From the NCBI GenBank assembly GCA_945787845.1, contig CALZJH010000009.1:35208-99207 (forward strand): a stretch of DNA of 64,000 bases, given 5' to 3'. This DNA is from an uncultured Woeseiaceae bacterium. GTDB lineage: Bacteria > Pseudomonadota > Gammaproteobacteria > Steroidobacterales > Woeseiaceae. The notes under the pieces are model-generated. The model was given only the letters and a program-made list of their open reading frames with translations, ran no database searches and had not been told where the DNA came from. How positions within the stretch are numbered: the first letter of the stretch is position 1; each line of letters starts with the position of its first letter. Below, in pieces: positions 10,344 to 19,367 of this stretch. The translations under genes were made by a program, and so were the position numbers.

Positions 10344-10862
10344 ATGAACAAACGCATTTCAAATTTCCTCGGCCTTGCACTGATGGCCAAGTTCGTACTG
10401 GTCTTTATGGCGTCCACGGTCCATGCCGGTGACTACAACAAAGCACCGAGCAAGGACATCGTTGACACGGCCGTCGCAGCCGGCCAGTTTGAGACACTGG
10501 CGGCCGCACTCGGCGCTGCTGACCTGGTTGATACGCTCAAAGGCGACGGACCTTTTACGGTATTCGCTCCGACCGACGCAGCGTTTGCCAAGCTGCCTGA
10601 GGGTACGGTTGAGTCACTGCTGAAGCCTGAGAATCGCGACCAGCTGGTTGCCATCCTGACCTACCATGTTGTTGCTGGTGAGGCCAAAGCAGCCGACGTC
10701 GTCAAGCTTAGCGAGGCAACGACCGTTAACGGCCAGAGTGTTTCGATTGAAGTGAGCGACAACGGTGTACGCGTTGACAATGCCAATGTTGTCGCTACGG
10801 ATATCGCTGCAAGCAATGGCGTGATCCACGTCATCGATACCGTCATTCTGCCGAAGTCCTAA
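10344..10862 (+). CDS. Fasciclin (FAS1) domain secreted protein
   Basis: [48 protein letters not shown]. Confidence 0.95.
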   Translation: MNKRISNFLGLALMAKFVLVFMASTVHAGDYNKAPSKDIVDTAVAAGQFETLAAALGAADLVDTLKGDGPFTVFAPTDAAFAKLPEGTVESLLKPENRDQLVAILTYHVVAGEAKAADVVKLSEATTVNGQSVSIEVSDNGVRVDNANVVATDIAASNGVIHVIDTVILPKS

Positions 10863-10871
10863 GACCCGGTG

Positions 10872-10902
10872 CGGGTGGCACGGCGACGTGCCACCCGTTT
10901 TT
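10872..10902 (+). terminator. Intrinsic terminator after the fasciclin gene
   Basis: CGGGTGGCACG-GCGA-CGTGCCACCCG followed by TTTTT. Confidence 0.85.
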
Positions 10903-10904
10903 CC

Positions 10905-11648
10905 ATGCCTGTCCTCTCAAAACTCTCCATCGCTGCCAACGTCGCTGTCATCGGCGCAAGCGGCGGCATTGGTGGAGAATTTGTGCGCCAGCTCAGTGCC
11001 GCTGAGCACATTGCGCAGGTCCACGCCTTTTCGCGGGCCGGGACGGACTTTGCCGATGACAAGGTTCTCTCTCACACGATCGACATCACTGACGAAGACA
11101 GCATTCGCCACGCGGCGCTCGCGGCCAGTGCCGAAGCGCCGCTGGATGCCGTGATCGTCGCGGCAGGCATGCTTCACGCCGGCAGTATTCAGCCCGAGAA
11201 GAGTCTCGCTCAAATTGACCCGCAGGCGATGCTTGAAGTCATGCAGGTCAACGCCGTCGGTCCTGCGCTCGTCGCCAAACACTTCCTGCCCAGGATGCGG
11301 CGCGATGCCAGAACAGTTTTTGCGGCATTGTCGGCCCGCGTGGGCAGCATTGCCGACAATCGCCTGGGGGGTTGGGCATCCTACCGGGCGTCGAAGGCGG
11401 CACTGAACATGCTGCTGAAGACCGCAGCCATCGAACAGGCTCGGCGCTTCCCGGAGTGCATCATCGTTGGCCTGCATCCAGGCACTGTCAACACCTGCTT
11501 GTCGAAGCCGTTTCAACGCCGGGTTCCCGAGGGTCAGTTGTTTACACCGGAAAAGTCGGTTACTCATCTTTGCCGCGTGATTGACGGCCTGTCACCGACC
11601 GACAGCGGACGCTGCTTTGCATGGGACGGCAACGCAGTTGACTATTAA
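10905..11648 (+). CDS. SDR oxidoreductase (CsgA/C-factor-like)
   Basis: GASGGIG, SARVGSIADNRLGGW.SYRASK, LHPGTV. Confidence 0.9.
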   Translation: MPVLSKLSIAANVAVIGASGGIGGEFVRQLSAAEHIAQVHAFSRAGTDFADDKVLSHTIDITDEDSIRHAALAASAEAPLDAVIVAAGMLHAGSIQPEKSLAQIDPQAMLEVMQVNAVGPALVAKHFLPRMRRDARTVFAALSARVGSIADNRLGGWASYRASKAALNMLLKTAAIEQARRFPECIIVGLHPGTVNTCLSKPFQRRVPEGQLFTPEKSVTHLCRVIDGLSPTDSGRCFAWDGNAVDY

Positions 11649-11668
11649 CCCAAGCGGTTTGGAGTATT

Positions 11669-12310
11669 ATGAAAAAGGCACATCGATTTTCAGCAATCCT
11701 CGTTTTCTTACTCGCGGTGCATCCGGCAATGGCGACTGAAGAACCTGCCTTTGAAGTTCTTGCGACCGCCGATGACTATGAGATTCGCCGCTATGCGCCG
11801 TATATTGTGGCCGAGGTCGACGTGGACGGCGACATGAAGAAGGCGGGCAATGACGCGTTCAGAATTCTCGCCGGCTATATTTTTGGAAAGAACGAGCCAG
11901 GCCAGAAAATGGCGATGACTGCGCCCGTCATTACGAAGCCCGCCGGTCAGGGTCAGCGCATGAACATGACAGCGCCCGTCTTGTCCAGTCCGGCAGGCGA
12001 CTCGACCGAGGCGTATACCTACGCATTCGTCATGGAGTCGCGCTTTTCGATGGAGAGCTTGCCAAAACCTCTCGACTCCCGGATTCGGCTCGTCGAGATA
12101 CCGGCCAGGGATGTCGCCGTACGCCGTTACTCGGGCAGCTGGAGCAACAAGAATTTTCTGAAGAACCAGGACACACTGCTCACGGCGCTGCAGGACGACG
12201 GCGTCGTGTTGTCCGGTCAGCCCTTGCTGGCGCGCTACAATAGCCCGCTTACACCCTGGTTCTTGCGACGTAACGAGGTTCTGGTCGAAATTGAGTGGCA
12301 TGACGAATGA
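11669..12310 (+). CDS. SOUL heme-binding protein
   Basis: EIRRY, AFRILAGYIFG.N, MTAPV (twice), YNSP.TPWFLRRNEV. Confidence 0.93.
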   Translation: MKKAHRFSAILVFLLAVHPAMATEEPAFEVLATADDYEIRRYAPYIVAEVDVDGDMKKAGNDAFRILAGYIFGKNEPGQKMAMTAPVITKPAGQGQRMNMTAPVLSSPAGDSTEAYTYAFVMESRFSMESLPKPLDSRIRLVEIPARDVAVRRYSGSWSNKNFLKNQDTLLTALQDDGVVLSGQPLLARYNSPLTPWFLRRNEVLVEIEWHDE

Positions 12311-13763
12311 GCTGTCGAAGGTCGACCTGGTATTTGGCGCCAGCGGGTACATCGGAACCAATCTTGTCGAGTTCCTGCTCGCGGAAGGCCGCCATGTTCG
12401 CGCATCATCAAGAAATATCGAGGTCATCCGCGGCAGGAATTGGCCCGGTGTCGAGCTGCGCAGCGCGGATGCTCTGAATCCTGAGCAACTCGACGACGTG
12501 CTGCACGGCGTCGACACGGCCTACTACCTGGTCCACTCGATGGCTGCCGGGGACGCGTTTCCGGAAATAGATGCGCGAGCCGCGAAGAATTTTGCGGCGG
12601 CGGCCGAACGGCAGGGCCTGAGGCGCATCGTCTACCTCGGCGGGCTGACACCTGACAATCCGCGCTCTGTGCATCTCCGCTCTCGCGAGGAGACCGGCGA
12701 TATACTGCGTGCCGGCTCAGTACCTGTCACTGAATTACGTGCCGGCATGATCATCGGTCCGGGTTCGGCCGCGTGGGAAGTCATACGCGATCTCGTCAAT
12801 CATCTTCCCGTCATGATTACGCCGCGCTGGGTCTTTTCGCGTTCGACGCCAATCGCGCTGCGGAACTTGCTGCGCTACCTGGCCGATGTCCCGCAACTCG
12901 ATGCGACCGCAGGCCAGACCTACGATGTTGCCGGCCCGGATGTATTGACCTACAAGGAAATCATGCTTCGCTATGCCGGCCTTATCGGCAAACGGCGGAT
13001 CATTATTCCTGTGCCCGTGCTTACGCCGCGGCTCTCGTCCTACTGGCTACGCCTGGTGACGTCGGTACCGACAAACGTCGCCCGCGCATTGATCGGCGGG
13101 CTTACACAGGACGTTATCGCTCGCGACCATCGACTGGCTGAACTCATCCCGCAGGAATTGCTGGGCTTCGATGAAGCCGCCGCGACAGCGCTCGACGCAG
13201 ACCGGCAGCATGAGTTGCCGGCACACTGGGTCGAAGCCGCGATTGCCTGTAAGGAGTTCCACCCGGCCTACAGCTATTATGCGAAACAGGCCGAGGGCAG
13301 CGCCGCTACCTCGGCATCGGCGGCCGACCTCTGGAGCATCGCCTGCCGCTTCGGCGCGGCTGGTGACTTCTTCTACCTGGGAGGACTCTGGTGGATCCGT
13401 CGAGCCATTGACTGGCTCGCGGGCGGGCCGAGTTTTCGGCGGCAGCGACGCCATCCCGAGGAACTGAGGGTGGGGGACGTCATCGACGCATGGCGTGTCA
13501 TTGAGTACGAGCCGTTCGAGAAACTCACACTGCTCATGGAGATGAAAGCGCCCGGTGCCGGAGTTCTCGAGTTCCGCATAGACGACCTGTCTTCCGAGCG
13601 CCGGGTCACCGTCCAGGCTTACTGGCATCCGGCCGGCGTATGGGGCTTGCTGTACTGGTACGCGACGCTGCCGCTGCATGCGATTCTGTTCAAGGGTACG
13701 GCGCGCCGGATCGCGGAGCGGGCCCGCCGCCCGTCGGCAATCGAAATATCCGAAAACCTGTAG
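12300..13763 (+). CDS. NAD(P)-binding atypical SDR with DUF2867 C-terminal domain (YbjT-like)
   Basis: GASGYIG, YYLVHSM, ELRAGMIIGPGSAAWE, WHPAGVWGLLYWY. Confidence 0.88.
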   Translation: MTNELSKVDLVFGASGYIGTNLVEFLLAEGRHVRASSRNIEVIRGRNWPGVELRSADALNPEQLDDVLHGVDTAYYLVHSMAAGDAFPEIDARAAKNFAAAAERQGLRRIVYLGGLTPDNPRSVHLRSREETGDILRAGSVPVTELRAGMIIGPGSAAWEVIRDLVNHLPVMITPRWVFSRSTPIALRNLLRYLADVPQLDATAGQTYDVAGPDVLTYKEIMLRYAGLIGKRRIIIPVPVLTPRLSSYWLRLVTSVPTNVARALIGGLTQDVIARDHRLAELIPQELLGFDEAAATALDADRQHELPAHWVEAAIACKEFHPAYSYYAKQAEGSAATSASAADLWSIACRFGAAGDFFYLGGLWWIRRAIDWLAGGPSFRRQRRHPEELRVGDVIDAWRVIEYEPFEKLTLLMEMKAPGAGVLEFRIDDLSSERRVTVQAYWHPAGVWGLLYWYATLPLHAILFKGTARRIAERARRPSAIEISENL

Positions 13764-13812
13764 TAAATTTCGCTGTCTTGCGCTGCAGCCAAACCCGTCC
13801 GAGGATATTCTT

Positions 13813-14703
13813 ATGCGCCGCATTATCGTCGCAATCCTGATTGCTGCAATTGCAGCAGCGTGGTGGGTTACTGCGCCCACAACCCTGACCGCGAAGGAGC
13901 TGCCGGACATTACCCCCGATCCCGTCGCCGGTGAACGAATCTTCTGGGCCGGAGGCTGTGCGTCCTGCCACGCGACGCCGGTTGACGGGGAGCGCGCCAG
14001 GGGTGACGGCAAGCTCAGGCTTGGTGGTGGCATGGAGCTCGACTCACCGTATGGCGTCTTTCGGGCGCCTAATATCTCTCCGCATGCGGACGGGATCGGC
14101 GGCTGGTCAATGCTAGACTTTGCCAATGCCATGCAGCGCGGCGTATCGCCGGACGGCAGGCACTACTATCCCTCGTTTCCGTATACGTCATACGCCAAAG
14201 CGGACCCTGCCGACATCCTGCATCTCAAAGCCTACCTCGATACGCTTCCGGCTATCGCCGGCCGCGTGGCGGATCACTCGCTGGCGTTTCCGTGGTCGCT
14301 GCGGCGCGGCCTTGGCGCCTGGAAACGGCTCTACCTCGATGCGACACCCGTCATCCCTGCCGGGACGTCGAACGCGCTGGTCGAGCAGGGCCGGCAACTG
14401 GTTGAAGGCCTTGGCCATTGTGGCGAATGTCATACCGAGCGCGATCTTCTCGGCGGCCTGCGAGCCGACCGCTGGCTTGCCGGTGCGCCGAGCCTCGAGG
14501 GGGAGGGTCGCGTCCCCGGTATCACGTCGGCCGGCAAGAACGTCGGCTCATGGTCGGACGATGACATTGCCTATTACCTTGAGACAGGCTTCACGCCGGA
14601 ATTCGACGCGGTTGGGGGCAACATGGTCGCCGTGCAGGAGAACATGGCAAGGCTGACGGCAGAGGACCGGCAGGCAATCGCCGCGTACCTGAAGTCGCTC
14701 TGA
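13813..14703 (+). CDS. Diheme cytochrome c, membrane-anchored
   Basis: Two CxxCH motifs (CASCH, CGECH), APNISPH, YYPSFPYTSY; N-terminal TM helix; SD GAGGA. Confidence 0.9.
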   Translation: MRRIIVAILIAAIAAAWWVTAPTTLTAKELPDITPDPVAGERIFWAGGCASCHATPVDGERARGDGKLRLGGGMELDSPYGVFRAPNISPHADGIGGWSMLDFANAMQRGVSPDGRHYYPSFPYTSYAKADPADILHLKAYLDTLPAIAGRVADHSLAFPWSLRRGLGAWKRLYLDATPVIPAGTSNALVEQGRQLVEGLGHCGECHTERDLLGGLRADRWLAGAPSLEGEGRVPGITSAGKNVGSWSDDDIAYYLETGFTPEFDAVGGNMVAVQENMARLTAEDRQAIAAYLKSL

Positions 14704-14715
14704 GACCAGCTTGTC

Positions 14716-14807
14716 CCGGGAGTCCGTATAAGCCTCGATTGTCTCGAGGCTCCTCCCCGGTACAGTGAGGTCAATGACACCGAGTCCGTCTAAAAAACCG
14801 GGGAGGA
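14716..14807 (+). promoter_or_regulatory. Candidate cis-regulatory RNA that sequesters the ribosome-binding site of the HIG1-type gene
   Basis: TCCTCCCCGGT (14751-14761) is the exact reverse complement of ACCGGGGAGGA (14797-14807), which contains the SD. Confidence 0.45.
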
Positions 14808-14811
14808 TCTT

Positions 14812-15006
14812 ATGTCCATCGTGAACGTCCTTGTAATTGCTGCACTTATCGCAACGGTTGTCGTGCTGGCGCTGGGTCTGCGTTCCATGGCCCGTGGCGG
14901 ATCCTATGATCAGGAGCATGCCGAAAAATTCATGTGGGAGCGTGTCGTTCTCCAGGGCCTGGTGGTAGTTCTCCTGCTTGCGGCAGCGGTCCTGTTAAAC
15001 ACCTGA
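14812..15006 (+). CDS. HIG1-domain twin-transmembrane-helix small protein
   Basis: 64 aa, two hydrophobic helices, LGL.SM.RGG...K.M..RV.LQ pattern; SD GGGAGG. Confidence 0.8.
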   Translation: MSIVNVLVIAALIATVVVLALGLRSMARGGSYDQEHAEKFMWERVVLQGLVVVLLLAAAVLLNT

Positions 15007-15059
15007 AACCCGGTTAGAATAGCGCCCGACTAATGGACTAGCCTGAGGAGCTCCGGACC

Positions 15060-15590
15060 ATGCGTATCGACGCAATTTCTATTGGCGAGAACCCGCCCGA
15101 CGACGTTAACGTCATTATTGAGGTGCCGCTCGGCGGACAGCCGATCAAGTACGAACTCGACAAGGAAGCCGGAACGCTCGTCGTCGATCGCTTTCTTTAC
15201 ACACCGATGTCGTATCCGGGGAACTACGGATTCGTGCCGCACACGCTATCAGAGGACGGCGATCCGATTGACGTCTTGGTGATCAATACGCGTGAGCTGG
15301 TCCCGGCCTGCGTGATCAACGTACGGCCCGTAGGCGTGCTGATCATGGAAGACAATGCCGGGCAGGATGAGAAAGTCATCGCGGTGCCCTCACATGCGTT
15401 GACCAAACGCTACGACGACGTCACGAACTACACCGACCTGCCCGAGATCACGATGGCGCAGATCGAGCATTTCTTTGAGCACTACAAGGATCTCGAGCCC
15501 GGCAAGTGGGTCAAGATCGGCGACTGGCACGGCGTTGACGATGCGAAGCAGTTGATCGTGGAAGCGATCGAGCGCGCGAAGGCGCTGTAG
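15060..15590 (+). CDS. ppa: Inorganic pyrophosphatase (family I)
   Basis: [34 protein letters not shown]. Confidence 0.97.
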   Translation: MRIDAISIGENPPDDVNVIIEVPLGGQPIKYELDKEAGTLVVDRFLYTPMSYPGNYGFVPHTLSEDGDPIDVLVINTRELVPACVINVRPVGVLIMEDNAGQDEKVIAVPSHALTKRYDDVTNYTDLPEITMAQIEHFFEHYKDLEPGKWVKIGDWHGVDDAKQLIVEAIERAKAL

Positions 15591-15597
15591 CGAACGC

Positions 15598-16515
15598 CTA
15601 CAGCGCGTCGAAAAAGGCCTCCTGACGCTGACGTTCGTCGGCGTCTGGCAAGCGCCCGTGTGCCGCGCCAAAGTTGTCGTCGACATGATGCAGCTTGGTC
15701 ATGCCCGGTATGCTCAGGGTCGCCGCCGGGTGGCCGATCGCGTACTTCAACAGGAACTGTGCCCAGCTTTCACAGCCGAACTCGCGTGCCCAGTCGGGCA
15801 GCGGCTGCTTACCGACCTTCTCGAAGATACGGCCGCCGCCAAAAGCACGGTTAATAATCACGGCAACGCCGCGATCCGCCGCGAGTGGCAGGATGCGCTC
15901 GGCCGCCTCACGTTGTTCGAGAGAATAGTTGATCTGGATGAAGTCGAGCGTTTCTTTGGCGAGGACTTTCTCGAACTCCTCGTACTGGCGCGCACGCGAG
16001 GTCGTGATGCCGACGTATCGAACCTTGCCTTCCTGCCGCCACTCACGCAGGACGGGCAGGGCATCCTGCCACGCGATCAGGTTGTGCACTTGCAGGAGTT
16101 CGAACTTGTCCGTCCGCAGGCGGCGCATCGACTCCTCGATCTGTGCATGGGTAGCCCCGCCGCCGCCTTCTTTGTCGACTTTGGTCGCAATGAACAGGTC
16201 ATCCCGAATATCGAGGTCGGCGATCAGGTCACCGAGGACGGCTTCCGAGGAGCGGTACATGGGCGCGGTATCGATGACGGTGCCGCCAAGCTCGTGGAAC
16301 CGGCCGAGGGCAGCCCGCAGCAAGGCACGTTTCTCGGTGTCGTCCCCGACGCCGTAGCGATTGGTGCCGAGTCCGACGATCGGGACCTTTTCCCCGCTGG
16401 ATGGTATCGCCTTACGGATCATGTGTTCCGGGCCGGCCCACGCGTGGCCGCCCAGTGCGGCCAGTGACAGGGCCCCTAGCCCGGCTTTGTTGAATTCACG
16501 TCGCGTAACAGTCAT
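15598..16515 (-). CDS. Aldo/keto reductase with a Tat-like signal peptide
   Basis: TRREF twin-arginine motif, GLGT, IDTAPMY, FIATKV, LLQVHNL. Confidence 0.9.
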   Translation of the reverse strand: MTVTRREFNKAGLGALSLAALGGHAWAGPEHMIRKAIPSSGEKVPIVGLGTNRYGVGDDTEKRALLRAALGRFHELGGTVIDTAPMYRSSEAVLGDLIADLDIRDDLFIATKVDKEGGGGATHAQIEESMRRLRTDKFELLQVHNLIAWQDALPVLREWRQEGKVRYVGITTSRARQYEEFEKVLAKETLDFIQINYSLEQREAAERILPLAADRGVAVIINRAFGGGRIFEKVGKQPLPDWAREFGCESWAQFLLKYAIGHPAATLSIPGMTKLHHVDDNFGAAHGRLPDADERQRQEAFFDAL

Positions 16516-16525
16516 GAAAGCACTC

Positions 16526-17965
16526 CTAACCCTGCATATCCTCCAGTTCGATTCCCTTGGTCTCGTGCACCATCTTGATGACGAACACGATCGAGATAAC
16601 GGCGCAGACCGTGTAAAAGCCGTACGCCCCGGCCAACCCGATGCCCGCCAGCATCATGGGGAAGGTCATCGTGATGGCGAAATTCGAGCCCCACTGTGCG
16701 AGACCGGAAACAGCCAGGCCAGTTCCCCTGATCTGGTTGGGGAACATCTCGCCAAGCATGACCCACATGACCGGTCCCCACGAGAAATTGAAGAACATGA
16801 CGTAGGCATTCGCCGCGATCAGCGCCATGGGCCCGTAGATTCCCTCGAGCGTAAGGCCGCCAGTTGTCGAAGTGGACGCATTCAAAAAGGCATAGGCCAC
16901 CACGGCCAGCGTCGCCGACATGCCGATCGAACCAATGAGCAGGATCGGTTTGCGCCCGATACGGTCGATGAGCAACAGCGCGGCGGTGACCGCGGCGATG
17001 CTGAGCCCGCCACTGACGATATTGATCAGCAACGCGTCGCTTTCGGTGAAGCCGACCGACTGCCACAGCACGGCCCCGTAGTAGAACACGACGTTGATAC
17101 CTACAAGCTGCTGGAACGTCGCGAGCCCGATGCCGACCCAGACGAGTCGGCGAATCCGCCCGGTAGCGGGATCGACCAGGTCGGCGAACCTGGGGTTGTG
17201 GTGATCGGCCGCAAGCGAGGCATCGATTTCGTCCGCCTTGCGTACCGCGGCGTCGGCGCCGCCGAGCTTCGTCAGGACCTCGATCGCTTTGTCGCGCTGC
17301 CGGTGCAACACGAGAAACCGCGGGCTTTCCGGGATAATGAACAAGGCGAGGAGGAAGATCGTTGCAGGGATCAGTTCGATCCAGAACATCCACCGCCAGG
17401 CCTCAAAGCCCAGCCACAGTTCGCTCATCGACGAGCCTGCGGCGGCGGCGATCAGGTAGTTGCTGAAGAACGCCATGAAGAGTCCGAAGATGATCGCGAT
17501 CTGCTGCACCGTGGCGAGCGTGCCGCGGTAGTGTGCCGGGCTGACTTCACTGATGTACGCCGGCGCCAGCACGCTGGCGGCGCCGACCGCGAGGCCGCCC
17601 AGGACGCGAAAAACGACGAATTCCATCGAGCCGCCGGCGATGCCGGACCCCCAGGCGCTGACAATGAAAAACACCGCCGCCACGCGCATGATTGATCGCC
17701 GCCCGAAGCGGTCTGCGAGGCGTCCCGCGAAGAATGCACCGATCGCACAACCCAGCAGCATCGACGCCACGTTAAAACCCGTGCCGACGCTGTCGGAATC
17801 GAATGCTGTCTGCAGGCCATCGACCGTGCCGTTTATCACGCCGCTGTCGAAGCCGAACAGGAAGCCGCCTATCGTTGCGATGCAACTGATAAGCACGATG
17901 TACATCGTATGTTGTGAGGTGCCTGCTGCGTCGGCCACCGCCATCCCCTTGTTGTTGTTGTGCAT
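16526..17965 (-). CDS. Sugar porter family MFS transporter (start may be 17944 or 17938)
   Basis: [41 protein letters not shown]. Confidence 0.95.
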   Translation of the reverse strand: MHNNNKGMAVADAAGTSQHTMYIVLISCIATIGGFLFGFDSGVINGTVDGLQTAFDSDSVGTGFNVASMLLGCAIGAFFAGRLADRFGRRSIMRVAAVFFIVSAWGSGIAGGSMEFVVFRVLGGLAVGAASVLAPAYISEVSPAHYRGTLATVQQIAIIFGLFMAFFSNYLIAAAAGSSMSELWLGFEAWRWMFWIELIPATIFLLALFIIPESPRFLVLHRQRDKAIEVLTKLGGADAAVRKADEIDASLAADHHNPRFADLVDPATGRIRRLVWVGIGLATFQQLVGINVVFYYGAVLWQSVGFTESDALLINIVSGGLSIAAVTAALLLIDRIGRKPILLIGSIGMSATLAVVAYAFLNASTSTTGGLTLEGIYGPMALIAANAYVMFFNFSWGPVMWVMLGEMFPNQIRGTGLAVSGLAQWGSNFAITMTFPMMLAGIGLAGAYGFYTVCAVISIVFVIKMVHETKGIELEDMQG

Positions 17966-18043
17966 GGATTATGCATGCCACTGTCAAGATGTGCACGACG
18001 CTGGCACAATTGGCGGTTCTGCAATACGGACGGCGAGGCCCCG

Positions 18044-18496
18044 ATGCCAGGACTCTATTTTGAGGAATTCAAGGTCGGCCAGACCTTCGATCATCCGATT
18101 CGGCGTACGATCACCGAAACCGACAACGTGCTGATCACGACCATGACGCACAACCCGGCGTCATTGCATCTCGATGCCGAGTACATGAAGACCACCGAAT
18201 TTGGCAAGCCGCTCGTCAACAGCTGCCTGACACTGGGTTTCATGGTGGGGATCTCGGTCAACGATACGACGCATGGCACGACGGTGGCGAATCTCGGCTG
18301 GGATGAAGTGCGGTTCCCGAAGCCACTGTTTTGCGGCGACACCATTCGAGTGGAGTCCGAGGTTCTCGAGACACGCGAGAGTCGCTCGCGGCCGGACAAC
18401 GGCATCGTGATCTTTGCCCATCGCGCGTACAACCAGGACAACGAACTTGTTGGTGAATGCAAACGCTCGGCGCTCATGATGAGAAAGCCCGCATGA
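18044..18496 (+). CDS. MaoC-family (R)-specific enoyl-CoA hydratase/dehydratase
   Basis: [38 protein letters not shown]. Confidence 0.9.
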   Translation: MPGLYFEEFKVGQTFDHPIRRTITETDNVLITTMTHNPASLHLDAEYMKTTEFGKPLVNSCLTLGFMVGISVNDTTHGTTVANLGWDEVRFPKPLFCGDTIRVESEVLETRESRSRPDNGIVIFAHRAYNQDNELVGECKRSALMMRKPA

Positions 18497-19347
18497 ATCG
18501 CAGCTTCCTGTTTGTCCCGGCCGACTCGGAACGCAAACTGGTAAAGGCGGGCAGCGTGGGTGCAGACGCGCTGATCCTGGACCTGGAGGACGCCGTTGCT
18601 CCTGCGGCCCGGCCGCAGGCGAGGAGGCTGGCGGTCGATTATCTGCAGGACGCGGACAATGCCTGGGTGCGTATCAACCCCATCGATACGGATGATTCGA
18701 TTGCCGATCTCGATGCAGTGATGTCGGGGGCGCCGGCCGGCATCGTGCTGCCAAAGCCGCGCAGTGCGGCCGACGCGGTCGTGCTCGCGGAGCGGCTTGG
18801 CGACCTGGAGAAAAAACACGGCCTCGAACCAGGCAGCACCCACATCATGGCCCTGTGCACCGAGCACCCCGAGGCCCTGTTCACGCTGGATAGCTACATC
18901 GGCGCGACCCCGCGCCTCGATGCCCTGTCCTGGGGCGCCGAGGATCTCGCGGCGGCCACTGGCGGCGTCGCCAACCGTGACGACGACGGTAACTGGTTAC
19001 CCCGCTTCGAGATGGCGCGCTCGCTGTGCCTGTTCGCCGCCGCGGCTGCGGAAGTTGCGGCTGTCGATACGGTCTATACGGACTTCCGCGATCTCGACGG
19101 CTTGCTACGCTACGCCTCGCAAGCAAGACGCGACGGGTTCAGCGGTATGCTCGCGATCCATCCGGCCCAGGTCGAAGTGATCAACGCAGCGTTTGAACCA
19201 ACGGCCGAAGAACTCGAGCGGGCGGCTCGCATCATTAGACTATTTGATGAGAACCCGGGCGCTGGAACGGTCGGGCTGGATGGTAAAATGATAGACCGAC
19301 CGCACCTAGTCCAGGCAAGGCGATTGCTGCAAACAAAAGGCAAGTAA
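18493..19347 (+). CDS. CitE/HpcH-family CoA-ester lyase
   Basis: [43 protein letters not shown] overlap with the MaoC gene. Confidence 0.92.
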   Translation: MNRSFLFVPADSERKLVKAGSVGADALILDLEDAVAPAARPQARRLAVDYLQDADNAWVRINPIDTDDSIADLDAVMSGAPAGIVLPKPRSAADAVVLAERLGDLEKKHGLEPGSTHIMALCTEHPEALFTLDSYIGATPRLDALSWGAEDLAAATGGVANRDDDGNWLPRFEMARSLCLFAAAAAEVAAVDTVYTDFRDLDGLLRYASQARRDGFSGMLAIHPAQVEVINAAFEPTAEELERAARIIRLFDENPGAGTVGLDGKMIDRPHLVQARRLLQTKGK

Positions 19348-19367
19348 CAGACAAAAGGCAAAGCAAT

